DNA from: Candidatus Saccharimonadota bacterium
Lineage (GTDB): Bacteria; Pseudomonadota; Gammaproteobacteria; Enterobacterales; Enterobacteriaceae
Length of the DNA: 32,000 nt
NCBI RefSeq assembly: GCF_004296535.1
Contig: NZ_AP018159.1
Span: forward strand, 120,001-152,000
Direction of reading: 5' to 3'
Positions 1 to 7,682 of this stretch are shown here, piece after piece. How positions within the stretch are numbered: the first letter of the stretch is position 1; each line of letters opens with the position of its first letter. The notes beneath the pieces were generated by a model. That model saw nothing but the letters and a program-made list of their open reading frames with translations. It did no database searches and was not told the origin of the DNA. The position numbers and the translations under genes are program-made.

Positions 1-1
1 A

Positions 2-1669
2 ATGGCTATAGACAGATCTGGTATACAATTTAGAAAATTGAATACTAGTAAAGGATTAGCTGTTCAATCTACTAGAGCTCAAGCTGATAGATATATATAT
101 AGTAGAGAAGTAAAAAAAATATTATTTAGTAACAAAAATTTATATGTATTTCAAGATAAAGTTATAAAGTTATTAATAAATAATAATAAAATAAATGGTA
201 TATCTACTGTATTAGGGTTTAATTTTTTTTCTAAATCTGTTATTTTATGTTTAGGAACTTTTTTAAATGGATTTATATATATAGGAACAAAATTTAAATA
301 TAAAGGTGGAAGATCTAATGATATATCATCTACATATTTATCTAATCAATTAAAAGAAATATTTCCATTTTCTATAAATAAGTTAAAAACAGGAACTCCA
401 CCTAGATTAGATTTAAAAACTATAAATTTTAATAAGTTAAATTTTCAAAAAAGCGATTATCCTATACCAATGTTTTCTTTTATTAAACAAAATAATAATT
501 TAAAAAAAATATATTGTTATATAACATATACAAATGAAAATACACATAATATAATATATAAAAATCTACATTATAGTCCAATGTATACAAATAAAATATG
601 TAGTATAGGACCAAGATATTGCCCATCTATAGAAGATAAAATAATAAAATTTAAAGATAAAAAAAGTCATCATATATTTTTAGAACCTGAAAGCTTATTT
701 AGTAATGAAATATATCCAAATGGAATATCTACTAGTTTACCTATAAATATTCAATTTAAAATAATAAAATCTATAAAGGGATTAGAAAAATGTAGAATAA
801 CAAGACCAGGATATGCTGTAGAATATAATTTTTTAGACCCTAAAAATCTTTATTATACATTAGAAAGCAAAATTATATCTGGATTATTTATATCTGGGCA
901 ATTAAACGGTACAACAGGATATGAAGAAGCTGCTTCTCAAGGAATTATATCTGGCATAAATGCTGCATTATTTTCTAAAAATATGGAATCTTGGTATCCA
1001 AAAAAAGAATATTCTTATATAGGATTAATGATAAAAGATTTATGTGATAATGGAGTTATTGAACCATATAGAATGTTTACATCTAGGTCTGAAAATAGAT
1101 TTTTTTTAAGAGAAGATAATGCTGATATGAGATTAACAAAATATGGGTATAATTTAGGTTTAATTAATGAGTTTAGATGGAAAATTTTTGTTAATAAAAA
1201 AAATAATATATTAAATGAAAAAAACAGACTAAAAAATTTAAATATAGATATAAAAAAAATTAATAATAAAATTAATAAAAAAATAAATATAGAAAAAAAA
1301 GAAATAAATGCATTTGAATTATTAAAATTAAATGAAATATCTTATAAAGATATATTAAATATAATAGATTACACTTATAATAAGAATAAAAATTATATTG
1401 AAGAAATTTATAAATTAATAGAAATAGATATAAAATATGAATATTTTATATTAAAACAAAAAAAAGAAGTTGATATAAAAAATAAATTTTTAAAAATGTT
1501 AATACCTAAAGATATAAATTATAACAATATATCTGGATTATCTAATGAATCAAAATATTTATTATATAAATACAGACCAAATAATATAGAAGATATATTA
1601 AAAATACCAAATATAACATCATCATCTATTTTTATATTAATTATTTGGATTAAAAATAATAGAAAATGA
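2..1669 (+). CDS. mnmG: tRNA uridine-5-carboxymethylaminomethyl modification enzyme MnmG (GidA), 5' end truncated by window edge
   Basis: The ORF runs from the window edge. Long collinear matches to E. coli MnmG (GIQFRxLNxSKGxAVxxTRAQADR, GPRYCPSIEDK, FLEPE, IYPNGISTSLP, RPGYAxEY, GQxNGTTGYEEAAxQG, EPYRMFTSR). TGA stop at 1667-1669 overlaps the murB ATG (ATGA). Confidence 0.95.
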   Translation: MAIDRSGIQFRKLNTSKGLAVQSTRAQADRYIYSREVKKILFSNKNLYVFQDKVIKLLINNNKINGISTVLGFNFFSKSVILCLGTFLNGFIYIGTKFKYKGGRSNDISSTYLSNQLKEIFPFSINKLKTGTPPRLDLKTINFNKLNFQKSDYPIPMFSFIKQNNNLKKIYCYITYTNENTHNIIYKNLHYSPMYTNKICSIGPRYCPSIEDKIIKFKDKKSHHIFLEPESLFSNEIYPNGISTSLPINIQFKIIKSIKGLEKCRITRPGYAVEYNFLDPKNLYYTLESKIISGLFISGQLNGTTGYEEAASQGIISGINAALFSKNMESWYPKKEYSYIGLMIKDLCDNGVIEPYRMFTSRSENRFFLREDNADMRLTKYGYNLGLINEFRWKIFVNKKNNILNEKNRLKNLNIDIKKINNKINKKINIEKKEINAFELLKLNEISYKDILNIIDYTYNKNKNYIEEIYKLIEIDIKYEYFILKQKKEVDIKNKFLKMLIPKDINYNNISGLSNESKYLLYKYRPNNIEDILKIPNITSSSIFILIIWIKNNRK

Positions 1670-2742
1670 AATTTATTTCTATAAAAAAAATTCATAGTTT
1701 TAGATTAAATTCTAAAGCTAAAAAAATAATAAAAATACATTCTGTTATAGATTTAATTAATATATATAATATGTTAATTATTAAAAAAATAAATTTTATA
1801 ATTATAGGGAATGGAACTAATACTATTTTTTTAAACAATTTTAATGGAATTATTATAATAAATAAAATATTAGGAATAAAAAATAAAAGTGATAAAATAA
1901 ATTGGAAATTACATATAAACTCTGGAGAAAATTGGAATAAAATAATTAAATATACTTTAAAAAATAAAATATTTGGATTAGAAAATCTTGCTATGATACC
2001 TGGGAAAATTGGTTCTGCATCAATATATAATATAGGAGCTTATGGTTCTGAATTTAAAAATTTTTGTGAATATGTTGACATATTAAATTTAAAAAATAAT
2101 AAAATAATAAGATTTAGTAATAAAGATTGTAAATTTTCATATAGAAATAGCATATTTAAAAATAAAAATAATAAAAAAAATATATTTATTTTATCTATAG
2201 GATTAATAATTCCTAAAAAATGGAAACCAAATATATCTCATAGTATATTTAATAATAAATATTTTTTTATTAAAAAAAATATAACAGCTAATAAAATATA
2301 TAATTTTATATGTAAAATAAGAAAAAAAAATATACCTAATTATAATATTTATGGAAATTCAGGAAGTTTTTTTATTAATCCAATAATAAATAAAAAAAAA
2401 ATTAAATATTTAAAAAAGAAATATAATAATATTCCTTATAGTTTGGAAAAAAAATATAAATACAAAATATATGGTGGATGGCTAATAGAACAATGTGGAA
2501 TAAAAGGATTAATTATTGAAAATTTTTTTATAAATGATAAAAATTCATTAATAATTATTAATAAAGGAAATTATAATGGATATAATTTAATTTCAATAAT
2601 AAAAATAATTTATTATATTGTATTAATAAAATTTAATGTAAAATTAGAATTAGAAGTTTTTTTAATACTTAATAATAAATGTATAAATAGTAAAAAAATT
2701 TTTACTAATTTTTTAAAATATAATTTAAATTTATTATGTTAA
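1666..2742 (+). CDS. murB: UDP-N-acetylenolpyruvoylglucosamine reductase MurB
   Basis: 358 aa, collinear with E. coli MurB (GxGSN/TN..F, GENW, GLENLAxIPG, IQNIGAYG, CxFxYRxSIFK, GNxGSFFxNP, GWLIxQC). Confidence 0.9.
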   Translation: MKFISIKKIHSFRLNSKAKKIIKIHSVIDLINIYNMLIIKKINFIIIGNGTNTIFLNNFNGIIIINKILGIKNKSDKINWKLHINSGENWNKIIKYTLKNKIFGLENLAMIPGKIGSASIYNIGAYGSEFKNFCEYVDILNLKNNKIIRFSNKDCKFSYRNSIFKNKNNKKNIFILSIGLIIPKKWKPNISHSIFNNKYFFIKKNITANKIYNFICKIRKKNIPNYNIYGNSGSFFINPIINKKKIKYLKKKYNNIPYSLEKKYKYKIYGGWLIEQCGIKGLIIENFFINDKNSLIIINKGNYNGYNLISIIKIIYYIVLIKFNVKLELEVFLILNNKCINSKKIFTNFLKYNLNLLC

Positions 2743-2978
2743 ATATAAAATTATCTAAAATAGGTAGAAAAAATAAAATATCTTATAGAATAGTAGTAGC
2801 TTCATCTAAATCATCTAAAAATAGTAAATTTATAGAAAAAATAGGTTTTTTTAATCCATTTGATAAAAAAAATCAATTTAATATAAATATTAATAGATTT
2901 ATATACTGGAAAAAATGTGGATCAAAAATTTCAAATAGAGTTAAATTTATAATAAATAAATTTCATTATTTAAAATAA
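2736..2978 (+). CDS. rpsP: 30S ribosomal protein S16
   Basis: 80 aa; the N-terminus matches the S16 pattern (xxIxLxxxGxKxxxxYxxVVAxSxxxxNxxFIExxGFFNP). Overlaps the murB 3' end by 7 nt. Confidence 0.93.
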   Translation: MLNIKLSKIGRKNKISYRIVVASSKSSKNSKFIEKIGFFNPFDKKNQFNININRFIYWKKCGSKISNRVKFIINKFHYLK

Positions 2979-2993
2979 AAAAATTTTTTAAAT

Positions 2994-3723
2994 ATGAAAA
3001 TTATAATAATAACTATGTTTCCTAAAATTTTTAAAAATATATTTAATTATGGATTAATAAAAAAAGCTATTGTAAACAATATAATAAAATTAATTATTTT
3101 AGATTTAAAAAAATTTGTAAGTTTAGGAGAAAAAATAGATAATTATTCATATGGTGGCGGAGGTATGGTTATATCTTGTAATCCATTATACAAATCAATA
3201 TTAAAAGCTAAAGAAAATAATAAAAAATCAAAAATCATATACCTATCTCCACAAGGAAAAAAATTAAATCAAAATTATATTAATAATTTATCAAAATTTA
3301 AATCTATTATAATAATATGTGGTAGATACGAAGGAATAGATGAAAGAATAAAATCTAAAATAGATTATGAAATATCAATAGGAGATTATATATTAAGTGG
3401 AGGAGAAATACCTGCAATTGTATTAATAGATTCTATTTCTAGATTAATTCCCAGGAGTAATTAAAAATAAAATATCTATTAATAATGAATCATTTTATAA
3501 TAATTTATTAGATTTTCCTCATTATACAAGACCATATATTTTTTTAAATATGAAAGTTCCATCTATATTATTATCTGGAAATCATTTTGAAATTTATAAA
3601 TGGAGATTAAAACAATCATTAATTAATACATGGATAAATAGACCCGATTTAATAAATAAAATAAATTTAAAAAAATTAAAAAAAATATTCTTAAATAATT
3701 TTAAGAATTTTATAAATAAATAA
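2994..3723 (+). CDS. trmD: tRNA (guanine37-N1)-methyltransferase TrmD, interrupted by a +1 frameshift (segments 2994..3452 and 3454..3720, stop 3721-3723)
   Basis: Frame-0 ORF 2994..3464 matches TrmD residues 1-153 (YGGGxGM, IYLSPQG, CGRYEGIDER, IGDYxLSGGExPA, LIDSxSRxIP). Homology continues without a gap in the +1 frame from 3454 (GVIKN..ESF..LLDFPHYTRP..VPSILLSGNHFEIYKWRLKQSL..RPDL). The joined product is 242 aa, against 255 aa in E. coli. Confidence 0.9.
3447..3456 (+). other. frameshift junction ATT-CCC-A-GGA (0-frame reading ATT CCC AGG AGT AAT TAA); candidate +1 recoding site, 1-nt insertion or sequencing error
   Basis: Reading ATT CCC, skipping A3453 and continuing GGA GTA ATT AAA restores the conserved I-P-G-V motif exactly. 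The 0-frame terminates 3 codons later. Confidence 0.4.
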
Positions 3724-3738
3724 AACAACATAATAAAT

Positions 3739-4056
3739 ATGAAAAATATCATAAAAAATTTAAATTTGAGTCAATTAAAAAATAATAATTTAAAATTAAA
3801 ATCTGGATATTTTGTGGATGTTAATTTTTATATAGATTCAAATAAAAAAAAAAATCAAATATTTTCTGGATTAATTATATCTATAAAAAATAAATCTTTT
3901 TTAACATCAATAATAGTTAGAAAAATATCCTATAATGTAGGAGTAGAAAAAACATTTTATATTCATGCTCCTAACATAAAAAAAATTGTAATAAATAAAA
4001 TCAAAAAATATAGAAAATCTAAATTATATTTTTTAAGAAAAATTTCAAGATTATAA
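3739..4056 (+). CDS. rplS: 50S ribosomal protein L19
   Basis: 105 aa; matches L19 (MxNIIKxL, F.G..I.I.N.....S..VRKIS.GVE..F..H.P, KLY.LR). Lies in the syntenic position after trmD. Confidence 0.93.
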   Translation: MKNIIKNLNLSQLKNNNLKLKSGYFVDVNFYIDSNKKKNQIFSGLIISIKNKSFLTSIIVRKISYNVGVEKTFYIHAPNIKKIVINKIKKYRKSKLYFLRKISRL

Positions 4057-4159
4057 ATTATATAATTATATAATAATATTACATAAATTAATTAATTGAA
4101 ATATTAAATTAATTATAGTAATATATATATATAATCAAATTAATTAATTTAAATAAATT

Positions 4160-5206
4160 ATGATAACTAATAAAAATTATTTAGAAAAAAAAATAATAAC
4201 ACCAAAAAAAATTAAAAGTAAATATAAATTAAATTTAAAAAATAAATTAAAAATAATAAATAATAAAAATACAATTTCAGATATTATAAATAAAAAAAAT
4301 AATAAATTTTTAATTATTTGCGGGCCATGTTCTATAAGTGATTATAAATCTTCTATAGAATATGGGAAAAAATTATATAATTTATATAAAAAAGTAAAAA
4401 ATTATATATATATAGTAATGAGAACATATTTAGAAAAACCAAGAACTTCAATAGGATGGAAAGGTATTATAAATGACCCATATATTAATAATACAAACAA
4501 AATAGAAGATGGAATAATCATATCAAGAAAAATATTAGTAGATTTAATAAAAATTAATATACCAATTGGAACAGAATTGCTAAATCCAATATATTTTAAA
4601 TATTTTGATGATTTATTTAGTTGGATTTCTATAGGAGCTAGAACTTCAGAATCACAAATTCATAGAGAAATAGTATCATCATTAGATATTCCAACAGGAT
4701 TTAAAAATAGTTTAGATGGTACAATAAATTCTTCAATAAATTCAATAAAATCTTCTTCAACAAAACACACTTTTATAAGTATAAAAGATGATGGAAAAAT
4801 ATGTTTATTAGATTCCAATGGTAATAATAATACTCATATAATTTTAAGGGGTGGTAAAAATGGTCCAAATTATTACAGTGATAAAATAAATTCTTATATT
4901 GATATACTAAAAAAAGAAAATTTAAATAAATCAATTATTATAGATTGTAGTCATGATAATTCTTATAAAAATTATAAATTACAAAAAAAAGTATCAGATA
5001 ATATTATAGAACAAAAAATAAATGGAAATGAATATATATCTGGAATAATGTTAGAGAGTAATCTTTTTGAAGGAAATCAATACTGTAATTCATTAAATAA
5101 TTTAAAATTTGGAATATCAATTACAGATTCATGTATTGGTTGGGATGAAACTGAATATATTATTAATAATATATATAAAAAATTAAAAAAAATAAATAAA
5201 AAATAA
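4160..5206 (+). CDS. aroF: 3-deoxy-D-arabino-heptulosonate-7-phosphate (DAHP) synthase, class I; aroF by synteny with tyrA
   Basis: 348 aa, collinear with E. coli DAHP synthases (CGPCSI, MRxYxEKPRTxxGWKGxINDP, FSWxxIGARTxESQxHRE, GFKNxxDG, ILRGG, DCSHxNS, GxMxESNxxEGNQ). Sits immediately upstream of tyrA, as in the E. coli aroF-tyrA operon. The isozyme call is based on synteny only. Confidence 0.88.
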   Translation: MITNKNYLEKKIITPKKIKSKYKLNLKNKLKIINNKNTISDIINKKNNKFLIICGPCSISDYKSSIEYGKKLYNLYKKVKNYIYIVMRTYLEKPRTSIGWKGIINDPYINNTNKIEDGIIISRKILVDLIKINIPIGTELLNPIYFKYFDDLFSWISIGARTSESQIHREIVSSLDIPTGFKNSLDGTINSSINSIKSSSTKHTFISIKDDGKICLLDSNGNNNTHIILRGGKNGPNYYSDKINSYIDILKKENLNKSIIIDCSHDNSYKNYKLQKKVSDNIIEQKINGNEYISGIMLESNLFEGNQYCNSLNNLKFGISITDSCIGWDETEYIINNIYKKLKKINKK

Positions 5207-5214
5207 ATTTCAAT

Positions 5215-6315
5215 ATGATAAAGAATATAGAAAATATAAGAAAAAAAATAGATATAATCGATAATAAAATATTGGATTTAATAGAAAAAAGATTGAAAAA
5301 AGTTCATAAATTATCAATATTAAAAAATAAGTTAAATATACCATCATATATAAAAGAAAGAGAAAAAGATGTTATTTATAATAAAATAATTGAAAATAAA
5401 AGAATTAATATTTCTAATGATTTAATAAAAGATATATTAAAAAGAATAATGTATGAATCTTATTCAATAGAAAATAAATATATAAAAATAAAAAAATACA
5501 AACTATATAAAATATTATTTATAGGTAAAAATAAAAATTTATTTAAAAATTTATTTTTAAAATCAAATTATAAAATTTATGAATTAGATATTAATTTTGA
5601 CAAAAAAGATGAAAAATATATTAAATTAACAAATGTAATTTTTATACAAGTTCCAATATCAGAATTTAAGATCACTTTAAATAAAATAGTACATTTAATA
5701 AAAAAAAAGTGTATTATAATAGATTTATCTTATAATAAACATTTATCTGTAAAAATTATTTCTAATTATAAGATGCCGTTTTTATCAATATGTATAACAA
5801 AAGAATATGATTCAAATTATATTACTAAAAATTCAATAATAATTTGTTATTTAAATGATAAAGAAAAATTTATATGGTTCTTTAATCAACTTAAATTATG
5901 GGGTATAAATTTAATAGAATTAGATTATACTATTTATAATGAATATATTATAAAAAATGAATCATTAAAATATTTTATATTTATAACATATATATATTTA
6001 ATAAAAAATAAAAATATAGATTTAGAAAAAATTTTTAAATATTCATCTCCGTTAAATAAAATATTTATGTGTTTTATATTATTTTTTATAAAAAATAATG
6101 AATTATATTTAGAAAATATAATAAACTTTCATAATATAGAAAAATATATAAAAGAATATATTTATTATATGAATAGATTGCTTAATGATATAAAAAACAA
6201 AAAATATTTAAATATTAAATTATGTATAAATAATATATTAAAAATAGAAAAAAGCAATATACTTATCTTAGAAAAATATAATAATTTATTATTAAGATCT
6301 TTAAATATATACTAA
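5215..6315 (+). CDS. tyrA: T-protein homolog: chorismate mutase fused to a (possibly degenerate) prephenate dehydrogenase domain
   Basis: 366 aa. The first ~85 residues align without indels to E. coli TyrA (R9, K25-R26, K37, P43, Y45, E48-R49-E50, RxMxESYS). The C-terminal domain is alignable (VDLxxxK, LWG, SSP) but lacks key motifs; see findings. Confidence 0.85.
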   Translation: MIKNIENIRKKIDIIDNKILDLIEKRLKKVHKLSILKNKLNIPSYIKEREKDVIYNKIIENKRINISNDLIKDILKRIMYESYSIENKYIKIKKYKLYKILFIGKNKNLFKNLFLKSNYKIYELDINFDKKDEKYIKLTNVIFIQVPISEFKITLNKIVHLIKKKCIIIDLSYNKHLSVKIISNYKMPFLSICITKEYDSNYITKNSIIICYLNDKEKFIWFFNQLKLWGINLIELDYTIYNEYIIKNESLKYFIFITYIYLIKNKNIDLEKIFKYSSPLNKIFMCFILFFIKNNELYLENIINFHNIEKYIKEYIYYMNRLLNDIKNKKYLNIKLCINNILKIEKSNILILEKYNNLLLRSLNIY

Positions 6316-6319
6316 AAAC

Positions 6320-7048
6320 ATGAATAATACAAATTCAAATATTATAAATAATATAAACATTATTTATGAAGATGAATATTTGTTTATAATTAATAAACCT
6401 TGTAATTTAATAGTTAATTTAAATAATAAATATATAAATTTAATAAATATTATAAACAATAATATAAAAGATCTTAGTAATATAGAAAACAATGGATTAG
6501 TACATAGATTAGATAAAAATACAACTGGATTAATAATTATAGCTAAAAATAATTTATGTTATTTTAAACTTAAAAAACTTTTTTATAAAAAAAAAATATA
6601 CAAAGAGTATATAGGAGTTGTTACAGGAGAAATGTTATCTGGAGGATCTATATATAAAAGTATTTCTAGAGATAAAAAAAGAAATAAAATGTGTATAAAT
6701 GAAGAATATGGAAAAAAATCAATAACTTATTATAAAGTAATTAAAAAATTATATCTTCATACTTTAATAAAAATAAATATAATTACAGGAAGAACACATC
6801 AAATAAGAGTTCATATGTCTAATATTGGTTATACTCTTGTTGGAGATAAAAAATACATAAATAACAATTCTAATTACAAAAAATCTTTTGATTTTTTAAA
6901 GAAAAAAAAATTTTTATTTGAAAGACAAGCGTTACATTCATATAAAATAAAATTTATACATCCAATAACTAAAAAAAATATAAAATGCATTTCTAAATGT
7001 CCTGATGATATAAATAAATTAATTAAATTTATAGAAATTTATAGTTGA
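6320..7048 (+). CDS. rluD: 23S rRNA pseudouridine synthase, RluA/RluD family (rluD by synteny), lacking the N-terminal S4 domain
   Basis: 242 aa; matches IxYEDExxxxINKP, HRLDKxTTGLxxxAK, EYxxV, TGRTHQIRVHM, LVGDxxY, RQALH. Syntenic with E. coli rluD downstream of tyrA. An in-frame stop at 6302-6304 rules out a longer N-terminus. Confidence 0.8.
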   Translation: MNNTNSNIINNINIIYEDEYLFIINKPCNLIVNLNNKYINLINIINNNIKDLSNIENNGLVHRLDKNTTGLIIIAKNNLCYFKLKKLFYKKKIYKEYIGVVTGEMLSGGSIYKSISRDKKRNKMCINEEYGKKSITYYKVIKKLYLHTLIKINIITGRTHQIRVHMSNIGYTLVGDKKYINNNSNYKKSFDFLKKKKFLFERQALHSYKIKFIHPITKKNIKCISKCPDDINKLIKFIEIYS

Positions 7049-7121
7049 AAATAGCATTAATTTATATTATGATATATATAACAATATATAACTTATTCAA
7101 AATTATTACTTATAAATTAAT

Positions 7122-7682
7122 ATGTTCAAAAATTATACTAATTTAATTTTAATAGGTCATACAGGATCAGGAAAAACAACAATAGCAAATAAATTATCTA
7201 AAATATTAAATATAAATTTTTTTGATTCAGATAATGAAATAGAAAATATATTAAGTTTAAATATAAATAATATATTTAAATTATACGGTGAACAATTTTT
7301 TAGAGAAAAAGAAAATGAATTTCTTATTTATATAAAAAATAAATCTAAATTCATATTATCAACAGGAGCAGGTATATTAACAAAAAAAAATATAAAAATT
7401 ATTAATAAAATAGGAATTATAATTTATATAAAATTAGATATTAAAGAATGTATAAAAAGAATTATAAATGCTAAAAATAGACCATTATTAAATAATTATA
7501 TAAAAAATAAAAATTATATTGATAAAATTTTTAAAAATAGAGAATCTTTATATAAAGATATATCTAATATAATAATTGATGCAAATAATAAAAATATAAA
7601 TAAAATCTTAAAAGATATTTTATTTATTTTAAATAAAAATTTACTATATAAAAATGAAAAAAATAAAAATATTTTCAAATAG
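7122..7682 (+). CDS. aroK: shikimate kinase
   Basis: 186 aa; Walker A GHTGSGKTT, FxDSDxEIE, STGxG, RPLL. Followed by aroB, as in the E. coli aroK-aroB operon. Confidence 0.9.
   Translation: MFKNYTNLILIGHTGSGKTTIANKLSKILNINFFDSDNEIENILSLNINNIFKLYGEQFFREKENEFLIYIKNKSKFILSTGAGILTKKNIKIINKIGIIIYIKLDIKECIKRIINAKNRPLLNNYIKNKNYIDKIFKNRESLYKDISNIIIDANNKNINKILKDILFILNKNLLYKNEKNKNIFK

Noticed and set aside
2994-3464. Track ORF 2994..3464 taken at face value as a complete 156-aa TrmD.
   Set aside because: TrmD homology continues without a gap in the +1 frame to 3723 and includes residues needed for activity. The 156-aa ORF is a truncated reading of a frameshifted gene.
4085-4150. Two copies of the palindromic motif AAATTAATTAATT (4085-4097 and 4137-4149) flanking a (TA)n run upstream of aroF, considered as a possible operator (a TyrR-box replacement).
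   Set aside because: In a spacer made almost only of A and T, a rough estimate (2^-13 per position pair times a few thousand pairs) gives about one such 13-mer repeat by chance. No TGTAAA-N6-TTTACA TyrR box is present. This is not distinguishable from background.
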